Below, piece after piece: positions 9,372 through 18,704 of a stretch of 64,000 nt of DNA. The position numbers and the translations under genes are program-made. Source of the DNA: an uncultured bacterium (GTDB lineage: Bacteria > Bacteroidota > Ignavibacteria > OLB7); the NCBI GenBank assembly GCA_966128725.1, contig CBHYLN010000005.1:6576-70575 (forward strand). The letters are read 5' to 3'. A model generated the notes under the pieces. The model had not been told where the DNA came from and did not search any database. It saw only the letters and a list, made by a program, of their open reading frames with translations. How positions within the stretch are numbered: the first letter of the stretch is position 1; every line of letters starts with the position of its first letter.

Positions 9372-9426
9372 CACCCACAACCGGCGCTCGGCAGCTGGCG
9401 CATCGGCGGTTGACGGACTCCGCCGG

Positions 9427-10296
9427 TTACGCCGGCGGGTGTAGCCCGCGTTTGCAGAGCAGGTTGGTGTAGCGGCCGGTTGTGGTGTTATAGCGGGAAA
9501 GGATTTCCCGGCGCGTGCATGGGCCTACCGTACCGGTGGCGTGATCAACATTGCTCAACGAGAACCCAAGGCGCTCCAGCAACAGCAGATAGTCTTCGGG
9601 ATCAACACCAAATGCCGCCAAGGCACGGGGGTTGTACTCGGTGAGCAACACAAGGTCCGGGCTTTGCGCCATAAGCCGTTCGGCGCCGGCCATCGCAAGC
9701 ATCTCGGCGCCTTCCACGTCGATCTTCATGAAATCGATCGGGCCGGTTACCACGTCATCCAGCCGCACGGTGCCGATCTCGATGTAGGCATCCCCCGGCG
9801 CCTGCTCGGCCAGGCTGTGGTGCGCGCCGCTGCGAAGCTGGCGATACAGGCGCGTTGTGCCCGCTGCATCGCTGGCCGCCTTCTCCAGCACCTTCACGTT
9901 GCGGTAGCCGTTGGCTTCCACGTTGCGGCGCAGGATCATGGCATTGTCGGGATCGGGCTCCACGGCAATCACGCTGCCCTGGGGCCCAACACAGCGGGCC
10001 AGCAGCAGCGAGAAGTAGCCGATGTTGGCGCCCAGATCCAGCACCCGCGCCCCCGGCTTCACCTCCGATCGCACGATCGCGGTTTCCAGCGGCTCGTAAT
10101 CCCGCGCCCGCGCCAACCCAAGCGAGTCCACCGGATCCAGCCACATCTCATGCCCGGCAACGCTGACGCGCCGTGGGGTAAGTCGTGCCTTGATAAACCG
10201 GTTCACCCGCTTCAATACACGGGCCCTGGGTAACAGGCCAGAGGCCAGCGCACGCTCGAGCATGCGCTGGTACAGCGAAAGGAAAGGAGCAGCCAT
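9427..10296 (-). CDS. FkbM-family methyltransferase
   Basis: 'VLDLGANIGYFSLLLA', 'IAVEPDPDN' and 'FMKIDVEGAEMLAMAGA' match the FkbM/Methyltransf_21 pattern. Confidence 0.8.
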   Translation of the reverse strand: MAAPFLSLYQRMLERALASGLLPRARVLKRVNRFIKARLTPRRVSVAGHEMWLDPVDSLGLARARDYEPLETAIVRSEVKPGARVLDLGANIGYFSLLLARCVGPQGSVIAVEPDPDNAMILRRNVEANGYRNVKVLEKAASDAAGTTRLYRQLRSGAHHSLAEQAPGDAYIEIGTVRLDDVVTGPIDFMKIDVEGAEMLAMAGAERLMAQSPDLVLLTEYNPRALAAFGVDPEDYLLLLERLGFSLSNVDHATGTVGPCTRREILSRYNTTTGRYTNLLCKRGLHPPA

Positions 10297-10350
10297 TGCA
10301 CCAATCTACGCCGCGCGCGTTATCGGGCAATAACCACACCCACACCCAGC

Positions 10351-11115
10351 CTACTGCGCCACGTAACCGCCATCAACCAGCATCGCGTGCCCGGTCACGA
10401 ACGACGCCGCATCCGAACACAGCCATACAACGGCCTCGGCAATCTCCTGAGGCGTCCCCATTCGCTTCATCGGATGCAGGCCGGTCACGAAATCGTAGAT
10501 GGGATTCCCTTCCACGATGCCCGCATGCTCCAGCATCGGCGTGGCTATAAACGCGGGGCACACGGCATTCACCCGGATGCCCTGCGTTGCGTACTCGATA
10601 GCGCTCACCTTGGTAAGCCCCACCAGCCCATGTTTGGCGGCCACATAGGCCGGCGCATTGGCGAACCCCACGTGCCCCAGTATCGACGCCATGTTCACGA
10701 TCGCCCCGCCGCCGCCAGCAAGCATCGCCGGTATCTGATACTTCATGCACAACCACACACCGGTAAGGTTCACGTCGATCACACGCTGCCAGGCGGCGAT
10801 GGGGTAGTCGGCCGTTGTCGCCGATTCGCCCGCGATGCCCGCGTTGTTGCACGCAAAATCCAGACGGCCATAGGTTGCAACCGCGGCATTCACCAGTGCT
10901 TCAACATCGGCGGGATTGGCGACGTCGCAGTGCACGAACGTTGCCCGGCCGCCGGCCTCGGCAACACGGCGCACGGTTTCGTTGCCCTCGGTTTCCTGGA
11001 TGTCGGCGACGATCACGGCGGCGCCACGCGCGGCAAATGCCAGCGCGCACGCACGACCGATGCCGGTGCCAGCACCGGTAACAATCGCAACACGGTTCTC
11101 GAATTCAAGGCTCAT
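10351..11115 (-). CDS. Short-chain dehydrogenase/reductase (classical SDR)
   Basis: Start chosen at MSLEFENRVAIVTGAGTGIGRA (TGxxxGxG), with the catalytic 'YVAAKHG' (YxxxK). The longer track ORF (to 11319) would overlap ppsA. Confidence 0.85.
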   Translation of the reverse strand: MSLEFENRVAIVTGAGTGIGRACALAFAARGAAVIVADIQETEGNETVRRVAEAGGRATFVHCDVANPADVEALVNAAVATYGRLDFACNNAGIAGESATTADYPIAAWQRVIDVNLTGVWLCMKYQIPAMLAGGGGAIVNMASILGHVGFANAPAYVAAKHGLVGLTKVSAIEYATQGIRVNAVCPAFIATPMLEHAGIVEGNPIYDFVTGLHPMKRMGTPQEIAEAVVWLCSDAASFVTGHAMLVDGGYVAQ

Positions 11116-11161
11116 GATTACTTCTCCTGAACAACATTCATGATGAAAGGGCAACGCGGGT

Positions 11162-13585
11162 TTACGGCATTGTTGCCGAAGCCCCCGCACCTCGTGATTC
11201 GGCCTCGGACACAATGCGATGCATCCGGACAACGGCGTCGGGATTAAGCGAGATGGACGTAATGCCCTGCTCAACCAGCCAGGCCGCGAACTCCGGATAG
11301 TCCGAGGGCGCCTGCCCACATATGCCGATCGGTTTGCCCGCGCGGTGCGCCGCCGCGATCGCCTGGGCGATCATCGCCATCACGGCCGGGTCGCGCTCGT
11401 CGAACAGGTGCGCAACCGTGCCGGAGTCGCGATCGATGCCCAGCACCAACTGCGTAAGATCGTTCGAGCCGATCGAATACCCGTCGAACACCCGCAGGAA
11501 TGCGTCGGCATTCATCACGTTCGAGGGCAGCTCGCACATGGCGTAAATCTCCAGCCCGTTGTGGCCCTGGCGCAGCCCATGCCCTGCCATGGTTGCAATC
11601 ACGCGCTCGGCCTCGGCCACCGTGCGGCAGAACGGGATCATCACCTTCACGTTGACAAGGCCCATCTGCTCGCGCACGCGAAGCAACGCCGCGCACTCCA
11701 GCGCGAACCCCTCGGCGTATCGCTCATCGTAATACCTGGAAGCGCCCCGGAACCCCAGCATCGGGTTTTCCTCGGACGGCTCGAACTCCGCGCCCCCAAG
11801 CAACCTGGCGTATTCGTTGGTCTTGAAATCGCTTGTGCGCACAATCACCGGGCGCGGGAAAAACGCCGCGGCGATACGGGCCACCCCCTCGGCAAGCCGC
11901 CGCACGAAATACTCGGCCGGTTGTTCGGTACCGATACGCTCGGCGATCGCGGCAACCGCTTCGGGGCTGGCCAGCGCGGGGTAGCGCACCAGCGCCATCG
12001 GGTGCATGCCGATCTGGTTGTTGACAATAAACTCAAGGCGCGCCAGGCCAACACCGGCGTTCGGCAGGGCCGCATGCGCAAACGCCTTGGCCGGGTCGCC
12101 CACGTTCAGCATCACCGCCGTGCGCGTGGGCGCCAGTTCGCCAACACCAACGCTCTCCACATGGAACGGGATTTCGCCCGCGTATACATGCCCCTCGTTC
12201 CCCTCGGCGCAGCATACCGTTACCATGGCGCCCTCGACAAGCGATTCGGTTGCATTGCCGGTACCAACAATGCAGGGCAGGCCCAGCTCGCGCGAAACAA
12301 TGGCCGCATGCGCGGTACGCCCGCCCTCGTTGGTGACGATGGCGGCAACCCGCTTCATCACGGGTTCCCAATCGGGATCGGTAATGCGCGCCACAAGGAT
12401 GTCGCCCGGCTGCACGCGCGCCAGATCACGGGCCTCGCGAACGATGCGCACCGGGCCGGCGGCAATCTTCTCGCCCACCGCCTGCCCCCTGGCCAGCACT
12501 TCCCCGCCGGGTACATCAAGGTGGTACGTAACCGCCACCGCCGACGCCGGCCGCGCGGAGTGGACCGTCTCCGGCCGCGCCTGCACAATCGCCAGCTCGC
12601 CGGTTACGCCGTCCTTCGCCCATTCGATATCCATCGGCTGCGGATGCCCGGCCAGCCGCGAATAATGCTCCTCGATACGCACCGCCCAACGCGCCAGCGC
12701 CAGCACATCGTCGTCGGCAAGCGAGTAGCGGGCGCGATCGGCCGCGCTTGTGGGCTGCTCCACGGTGCCGCCATCCTCGGCATAAGCGGCGCGCACCTCC
12801 TTGGTGCCCAGGCGTCGCGCGATGATCGGCATGGGCGCGGTGGCAAGCGTGGGCTTGAACACGCTCCATTCATCGGGCGATACGCTGCCGCGAACAACCG
12901 GTTCGCCCAGCCCCCACGTGCCGCTTACCACAACCAGATCGCGCACGCCCGATTCGGGATCAAGCGTGAAGATCACACCGGCGCTCCCTTCGTTGGCGCG
13001 CACCATCGGCTGCACCCCAACCGAAAGCGCCACGCTCATCTGGTTGTATCCATGCCGCGCACGATAATCGATGGCCCGATCGGTGAACAACGAGGCATAA
13101 CACTCGCTCACCGCGGCAAGCAATCCCTGCTCGCCGCGCACATTCAGCACGGTGGCATGCTGGCCGGCGAACGATGCGCCGGGCAGGTCCTCCGCCGTCG
13201 CCGACGATCGCACGGCAAGCTCGGCATCGCGACCCAGACGATCGCGCAGCCGGCCGTATGCCAGCAGGATCGCCGCGGCAACGTCATCGGGCAACGGCGT
13301 TTCGGCAACCATCGCGCGCGCGGCGGCCCCGCGCGCGGCCAGGTCGGCAATGTTCCCCGTATCAAGCCCGGCCAGCAATTCTTCCAACCGCGAGCCCAGC
13401 GCGCCTTCCTCCAGCAGCCGATGATAGGCGGCCGTGGTAGTGGCAAACCCATCCAGCGCCCGGACACCCGTGCCGGCAAGCGCGTTATACATCTCCCCCA
13501 GCGACGCGTTCTTGCCGCCCACGCGCGGCACGTCGTTCATCGAAATCGAGTCGAAGTCCAGAACGTATGCGCCACTGTTGCCCAT
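11162..13585 (-). CDS. ppsA: Phosphoenolpyruvate synthase
   Basis: 'MNDVPRVGGKNASLGEM', the phospho-His motif 'GGRTAHAAIVSRELGLPCIVG' and a C-terminal PEP-utilising TIM domain. The ATG at 13585 has a GAGGTG RBS; the track uses the GTG at 13594. Confidence 0.9.
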   Translation of the reverse strand: MGNSGAYVLDFDSISMNDVPRVGGKNASLGEMYNALAGTGVRALDGFATTTAAYHRLLEEGALGSRLEELLAGLDTGNIADLAARGAAARAMVAETPLPDDVAAAILLAYGRLRDRLGRDAELAVRSSATAEDLPGASFAGQHATVLNVRGEQGLLAAVSECYASLFTDRAIDYRARHGYNQMSVALSVGVQPMVRANEGSAGVIFTLDPESGVRDLVVVSGTWGLGEPVVRGSVSPDEWSVFKPTLATAPMPIIARRLGTKEVRAAYAEDGGTVEQPTSAADRARYSLADDDVLALARWAVRIEEHYSRLAGHPQPMDIEWAKDGVTGELAIVQARPETVHSARPASAVAVTYHLDVPGGEVLARGQAVGEKIAAGPVRIVREARDLARVQPGDILVARITDPDWEPVMKRVAAIVTNEGGRTAHAAIVSRELGLPCIVGTGNATESLVEGAMVTVCCAEGNEGHVYAGEIPFHVESVGVGELAPTRTAVMLNVGDPAKAFAHAALPNAGVGLARLEFIVNNQIGMHPMALVRYPALASPEAVAAIAERIGTEQPAEYFVRRLAEGVARIAAAFFPRPVIVRTSDFKTNEYARLLGGAEFEPSEENPMLGFRGASRYYDERYAEGFALECAALLRVREQMGLVNVKVMIPFCRTVAEAERVIATMAGHGLRQGHNGLEIYAMCELPSNVMNADAFLRVFDGYSIGSNDLTQLVLGIDRDSGTVAHLFDERDPAVMAMIAQAIAAAHRAGKPIGICGQAPSDYPEFAAWLVEQGITSISLNPDAVVRMHRIVSEAESRGAGASATMP

Positions 13586-13803
13586 GTCATTCACCTCGTT
13601 TGGTTCGCGGCATATCCCTCGTTATTAACGTAGTGGAACGCGCGGGTGCCGTCCATGATGTACATCATGGTTTTGTGATCATTACATGCGTGTGTGGGGG
13701 ATAACGCCATCATTCGGCGGAAACGGAGGCGGGGCACTTGTTCCGATGCGAACGCATCAGGGGATATGCGCTCGCCGCCCTCATCGCCGCTGTATCGAAA
13801 CAC

Positions 13804-14790
13804 TCACAGATACTGGGCCAGATTGGCGCGATAGTACTCAACCGTGCGGCGCAACCCTTCGGCCAGATGCACGCGCGGCGCCACGCCGAGCATGTCGCGG
13901 ATGCGCCTGTCGTCGGCATAATAATCGCCGATATCGATGCGGCGCCTGTCCTCCGGGAACGCACGCAACACAAACTCGCCGCCGCCGGCAGCTGCAACAA
14001 CCATCTCGGCCAGCTCGCGAAGGCTTACCGGCCGTTCGCCACCAAGATTGAACACCTCACCGGCGGCGCGCTCGTGGACCGCGGCGGCAAGCAGGGCATC
14101 AACGGCGTCGTCAACGTAGGTGAAGTCGCGAAGCTGATCGCCCTCCCACACCTCGAACGGCATGCCCTGCACGGCCAGGCGCACCCACACACCCAGGAAC
14201 GTCTGGCGGGCGTCCTTCACGCGCATCCGCGGGCCATACGTGTTGGTAAGGCGCAGCGAGCACGAGCTGATGCCGTACACGTTGTTGTACAGGATGTGGT
14301 ACCACTCGCCGGCCATCTTGTTGATGCCGTTCACATCCACCGGGCGCAGGATGTGGCGTTCGTCCACCGGCAGGTAATCGGGCCGGCCGTACAACTGGCG
14401 CGTGCTGGCGAACACGATCCGGATACCGGGATTGTATCGCCGGCATGTCTCCAGGATGGAAAGCTGCGCGCGGCAATTGATGTCCAGATCGGTGAACGGA
14501 TCGGCCATGGAATCCATGTGGCTTGTCTGGCCGGCCAGGTTGAACAGGTAGTCGCGCCCCTGCACCAGATACCGCATGGAGTGCTCGTCGCGCACATCCG
14601 AAATGTTCACCGTAACGCGCCCTTGCAGGCCATCGATGTTGAACAGATTGCCGCCGTACTCGGGGATCAGGCTGTCCACCAGCAGAACATCGGCGCCGGC
14701 ATCGGCAAGCCTCGCGGCCAGATTGGAGCCGATGAAACCCAGGCCGCCGGTGATAAGCACGCGCGCGCCGTTGAACGATGTATCAGCCAT
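13804..14790 (-). CDS. NAD-dependent epimerase/dehydratase (extended SDR)
   Basis: Start at MADTSFNGARVLITGGLGFIGSN, with 'YGINKMAGE'-type YxxxK. It overlaps the upstream stop by 8 nt. The longer track ORF (to 14994) lies inside the neighbouring gene. Confidence 0.85.
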   Translation of the reverse strand: MADTSFNGARVLITGGLGFIGSNLAARLADAGADVLLVDSLIPEYGGNLFNIDGLQGRVTVNISDVRDEHSMRYLVQGRDYLFNLAGQTSHMDSMADPFTDLDINCRAQLSILETCRRYNPGIRIVFASTRQLYGRPDYLPVDERHILRPVDVNGINKMAGEWYHILYNNVYGISSCSLRLTNTYGPRMRVKDARQTFLGVWVRLAVQGMPFEVWEGDQLRDFTYVDDAVDALLAAAVHERAAGEVFNLGGERPVSLRELAEMVVAAAGGGEFVLRAFPEDRRRIDIGDYYADDRRIRDMLGVAPRVHLAEGLRRTVEYYRANLAQYL

Positions 14791-16051
14791 TGGCTTCTCC
14801 GGTTGCAGCAACGGTGCCGGGGTTGCCCAGCGGTTTGCGGATTTCCTGCCACATGAACGCCAGCATGAACACCACCCACACCGCCGACAGCAGCACGGCC
14901 GAATCCAACACGCCCACCGCACGGCTGAACGGCGGGCCGTTGCCATCGATGCCGTAGAACAGGTACAGGTTGATGTTGGTGAACAACACCACAAACGCGG
15001 AGATCACCGCATAACGGCTGTTGGCCAGATAGATAAGGATGGCGACGATGCCGGCCAGGTACAGGTGATTTTCGTGTACGCCGATGTTGAACGTGAAGTA
15101 CGAGAGGAATCCCAGCAACGCCGTGACCATCAGATTCTCGAAGGTCTTCTGGCGCCGTACGGCCAGCCACAGCGCGGCCAGATACGACGCGCCGAACAAC
15201 GCACGCGAGACCCACGTGATCACCGGCCCGGCCTTGCTGATATACCGTGCAAGGCCATCGTTCAGCGGCGCGTATTGTTCCGGCGCAACCAGGTGCAGCA
15301 CGTACGTCACGATCCAGTTCAGGTTCAGCGCGTTCGCGCTGGGATAGCGGTGCGACATCGCCCGCACAAACGCGCGGGCAATCTCCACGCCATAAATCGA
15401 GAACAGGATGCCAACTATCACGGCGCTTGGCAGAACAACCTGCATCAGAAAGCGCCGCCAGTTCGCCGTCCGAATGCTCGCAAACGAGTTGATCTCCAGC
15501 AGGTGGATGCACATGAACGGCAGCAGCAACACCGACTGCCACTTGATCATGAAGCTGATGGTGTACAGGATTGAGAACGCCGTGAACTTTCGCCTGCTCA
15601 GCATCAGCATCGCCAGCACGAACGTTGGCGTGAAATAGGCATCCAGATACCCGAGCGCCACGCTGTTCAACGTCAGCGCCAGATGCACACATGCGGTAAG
15701 CACCAGGTTGCGTGTGTAGGCGTAGATGGCCGCCGAGGTCAGGAACAGGAACAACACCAACGACCACTTGATGCCAGCGAATATGTCGCCGCCGAACATC
15801 GCCGAGATCTTGGAGCTGGCAAACAGCATGAAGATGGAGATCGGCGGATAATCCCCCTTGTCGGCCGGGTATCCCTGCACCACCCCATACTCGTGGGCAT
15901 TCTTGATCCACGTGGTCCAGATCCCCACATCACCGGTGCCGGGCGAGTTCACGAACGTCAGCGAGAAGACGGCGATCAGAGCAAAGAGCAGCACGGCCCA
16001 GATCGTGGTCCGATTGGTTGCTCCGCCGATTTGTTCAGTGTATGGATTCAT
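14783..16051 (-). CDS. Polytopic membrane protein, probable GT-C-fold glycosyltransferase (DUF2029/GT87-like)
   Basis: About 10 predicted hydrophobic helices. The first periplasmic-loop-type motif is 'GYPADKGDYPPISIF'. It sits next to a polyprenol-P GT2. The ATG at 16051 has an AAGGA RBS. Confidence 0.6.
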   Translation of the reverse strand: MNPYTEQIGGATNRTTIWAVLLFALIAVFSLTFVNSPGTGDVGIWTTWIKNAHEYGVVQGYPADKGDYPPISIFMLFASSKISAMFGGDIFAGIKWSLVLFLFLTSAAIYAYTRNLVLTACVHLALTLNSVALGYLDAYFTPTFVLAMLMLSRRKFTAFSILYTISFMIKWQSVLLLPFMCIHLLEINSFASIRTANWRRFLMQVVLPSAVIVGILFSIYGVEIARAFVRAMSHRYPSANALNLNWIVTYVLHLVAPEQYAPLNDGLARYISKAGPVITWVSRALFGASYLAALWLAVRRQKTFENLMVTALLGFLSYFTFNIGVHENHLYLAGIVAILIYLANSRYAVISAFVVLFTNINLYLFYGIDGNGPPFSRAVGVLDSAVLLSAVWVVFMLAFMWQEIRKPLGNPGTVAATGEANG

Positions 16052-16230
16052 CCGGGCATCCTTGAGCAATCTTCCCAGTCAGTCTGCTGAAATACTTCCG
16101 TTCGATGTTGTCCATCAGGAGGCATAGACAAGCGTGCTGACCAAAGCGTAGCAGAGCCGGCGTGGTACGTTCACGGTGTCGCCTGGTAAGCGGGACATTG
16201 AACAACTCCGAAAGAGCGCCATCGTCAGGC

Positions 16231-16751
16231 CCTCCTACGGAGGCCTATCCACAAGCCCCGGCAGGGGGCGAACCGTCTGTAGAAACCCGGGCACACAACC
16301 ATCAACAAGCCCCGGCAGGGGCGAACCCTACAGCCGCAATTCACGGCACGCTCCGATGGAGCTTCTATTCGCTTCGAGAACATCTCTGCTACAGACAGGT
16401 GCCTCCTCGGAGGCCTATCCACAAGCCCCGTCAGGGGCGAACCGTCTGTAGAAACCCGGGTACACAACCATCCACAAGCCCCGTCAGGGGCGAACCGTAT
16501 GGCCGCAATTCACGGCACGCTCCGATGGAGCTTCATTCCGCTGCCGGAGCATTTCTGCTACAGACAGGGGCCTCCTACGGAGGCCTATCCACAAGCCCCG
16601 GCAGGTACGAACCGTCTGTAGGAACCCGGGCACACAACCATCAACAAGCCCCGGCAGGGGCGAACCGTACGGCCGCAACTCACGGCACGCTCCGATGGAG
16701 CTTCGATCCACTTGACGTGCATCTCTGCTACAGACAGGTGCCTCCTGACGG
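16231..16751. repeat. Tandem array: 3 full copies plus an 11-nt stub of a 170-nt non-coding unit
   Basis: The anchor 'aggcctatcc' recurs at 16241, 16411 and 16581, and a fourth unit begins at 16741. Identity is above 90% outside a 15-nt block. The period is not divisible by 3. Confidence 0.9.
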
Positions 16752-16845
16752 GCACACCGATTTGTCGAAGCGCGCGTTACCACCCTGTCAGACTGTTGAA
16801 CTCATCGGGGCCAGCGGTCTCCCGGCGCGGAGGCACACCAGGCTC

Positions 16846-17640
16846 TCAGTTGCGCTTGCGCGAGCGATGGTAATCGCCCTTCGAGAGCTGTTTCTCCAGC
16901 CAGGCGTACAGCACGATGAAGAGATATCGGCTCCCCATCTCCTTCAACTTCAACTTCGATTCGCCGGTTGTGCGATTGGTCCACGAGATTGGAAGCTTCG
17001 CGAATGTATAGCCGCGCACGATGGCCTTCAGCGGTAGCTCCACGGTCAGGTTGAAGTGCGCCGAGAGCAGCGGCTGCACACCATCGATCACCTCGCGCCG
17101 ATAACACTTGAAAGCGTTGGTGATATCGTTATGGTCTATCCGGAACAGGACCTTGATGAACCAGTTGGCGAGGCGATTGATCGCCAGCTTGTGTTTCGGA
17201 TAATCGATCACCCTGGCGCCGGCCACAAATCGCGAGCCGAACACGCACTCGTACCCTTCCTGGATCTTCCGGTAATAGGCAACGATATCATCCGGAGCGT
17301 CGGAGAGATCGGCCATCACAATGCAGACGGCATCGCCGCGGAAACTCTCCAGCCCCTTGCGCACGGCAAACCCGAAGCCATGCGGCGGCGTGTTGTTCAC
17401 GTATCGGAACGATGGGTACCGCGCGGCAAGGCTGCGCAGAATGGCCTCGGTGCCGTCGCTGCTGTTATCGTTCACCACAACGATCTCGGCGTCGGCGATG
17501 CCCTCCTCCTCGAACTTCCGAAGGATGGCCGTGCAGGTGCGCTCCACGCCGCCCTCCTCGTTGTGGGCGGGGATCACCACGGAGAACCGTACGGCCGAGT
17601 ACGGCCCGCCCTCGGCAATCTGGCTGGCGCTCAGGTCCAT
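16846..17640 (-). CDS. GT2 polyprenol-phosphate glycosyltransferase (Dpm1/ArnC/GtrB-like)
   Basis: '[21 protein letters not shown]', '[11 protein letters not shown]' and '[10 protein letters not shown]' are typical of Und-P/Dol-P sugar synthases. Confidence 0.85.
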   Translation of the reverse strand: MDLSASQIAEGGPYSAVRFSVVIPAHNEEGGVERTCTAILRKFEEEGIADAEIVVVNDNSSDGTEAILRSLAARYPSFRYVNNTPPHGFGFAVRKGLESFRGDAVCIVMADLSDAPDDIVAYYRKIQEGYECVFGSRFVAGARVIDYPKHKLAINRLANWFIKVLFRIDHNDITNAFKCYRREVIDGVQPLLSAHFNLTVELPLKAIVRGYTFAKLPISWTNRTTGESKLKLKEMGSRYLFIVLYAWLEKQLSKGDYHRSRKRN

Positions 17641-18695
17641 CGGCTCCTGTTGCCGTCGTGTATCTCAACCAGGATATCGCGCACGTTGCGCGTAAGGCTC
17701 CAATCCGGGAAGTGGCCCTGAAACTTGGCCACGTCGCTCACCCACCAGATGTGATCGCCCACACGATTGTCGGCCACGTACGTGGTGTTCATCCGGTTAC
17801 CGGAGATTTCCTCGCACATGGCAATCGCCTCCAGCATCGAGCAGTTGCTGAATCGCGCGCCGCCGATGTTGTAGGCCTCGCCCGGGCGTGGGTTGCGCGC
17901 GAAATGATCGAACGCGTTCACCAGATCGGTGGAGTGGATGTTGTCGCGGACCTGCTTTCCCTTGTAGCCGAATATCCTGTACTCGCGCCCGGTGATCGCG
18001 CACTTCATCAGATAGGCCAGGAACCCGTGCAGCTCGGCGCCGGAATGGTTGGGGCCGCTGAGGCAGCCGCCACGGAACACGCCGGTTTTCATACCGAAGT
18101 ATCGGCCGTACTCCTGCACCATCACATCGGCCGCCACCTTCGAGGCGCCGAACAGCGAGTGCTTGCTGTTGTCGATCGACATCGTTTCATCGATGCCACG
18201 CTCGAAATACGGATGCGTTTCGGCAACCTCCCAACGGGTTTCCAGCTCCAGCAACGGAAGCGCGTTGGGCGTGTCGCCGTACACCTTGTTGGTGGATGTG
18301 AAGATGAACACCGCGTCCGGCGCATGCAGGCGTGTGGCCTCAAGCATGTTCATCGTCCCCACCGCGTTGACACCAAAATCGGTAAGCGGCTCGCGCGCGG
18401 CCCAATCGTGCGAAGGCTGCGCGGCGGTATGGATCACCAGTTCGATCTGGCCGGCATGTTCGGCAAACACGCGGTTGATCGCGTCAAGGTCGCGTATGTC
18501 GGCATCGATGTTCCGGAAATCAGGGAACTGCGAACGCAGCGCATCCAGAGTCCACCGTGTCGAGGCTTCCTCGCCAAAGAAATACCGGCGCATGTCGTTG
18601 TCGATACCAACCACGTTCATCCCCTTGGCGCAGTAGTATCGCACCGCTTCCGAGCCAATCAGGCCCGCGGCTCCGGTAATGATCGCTGTTCCCAT
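17631..18695 (-). CDS. NAD-dependent epimerase/dehydratase (CDP-paratose-2-epimerase-like)
   Basis: '[18 protein letters not shown]' and '[16 protein letters not shown]' (YxxxK region). It overlaps the downstream GT2 start by 10 nt. Confidence 0.85.
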   Translation of the reverse strand: MGTAIITGAAGLIGSEAVRYYCAKGMNVVGIDNDMRRYFFGEEASTRWTLDALRSQFPDFRNIDADIRDLDAINRVFAEHAGQIELVIHTAAQPSHDWAAREPLTDFGVNAVGTMNMLEATRLHAPDAVFIFTSTNKVYGDTPNALPLLELETRWEVAETHPYFERGIDETMSIDNSKHSLFGASKVAADVMVQEYGRYFGMKTGVFRGGCLSGPNHSGAELHGFLAYLMKCAITGREYRIFGYKGKQVRDNIHSTDLVNAFDHFARNPRPGEAYNIGGARFSNCSMLEAIAMCEEISGNRMNTTYVADNRVGDHIWWVSDVAKFQGHFPDWSLTRNVRDILVEIHDGNRSRWT

Positions 18696-18704
18696 AGTCC
18701 TGTG

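Noticed and set aside
11219-13633. 804-aa plus-strand ORF
   Set aside because: It is antisense to ppsA, whose product has the canonical motifs. The shadow is Arg/His/Gly-rich.
16231-16751. CRISPR array interpretation of the repeats
   Set aside because: The 25-nt sub-repeat (acaagccccggcaggggcgaacc) recurs at alternating spacings of about 54 and 116 nt. The intervening 'spacers' are themselves conserved between units. No cas genes are in the window. This is a long-unit tandem repeat, not repeat-spacer architecture.
16162-17037. 291-aa ORF reading through the 170-nt repeats (and minus-strand ORFs 16225..16467, 16484..16783)
   Set aside because: The 170-nt period is not divisible by 3, so successive copies are read in different frames. 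The products have no repeat-consistent sequence, and the 3' end of the ORF runs antisense into the GT2 gene.
14783-17640. Strong low-GC island (horizontal transfer) for the GT2/GT-C pair
   Set aside because: Spot counts vary from 43% to 75% per 60-nt line and average only slightly below the locus. This is not distinct enough by eye to claim, unlike the 27.4-28.7 kb trough.
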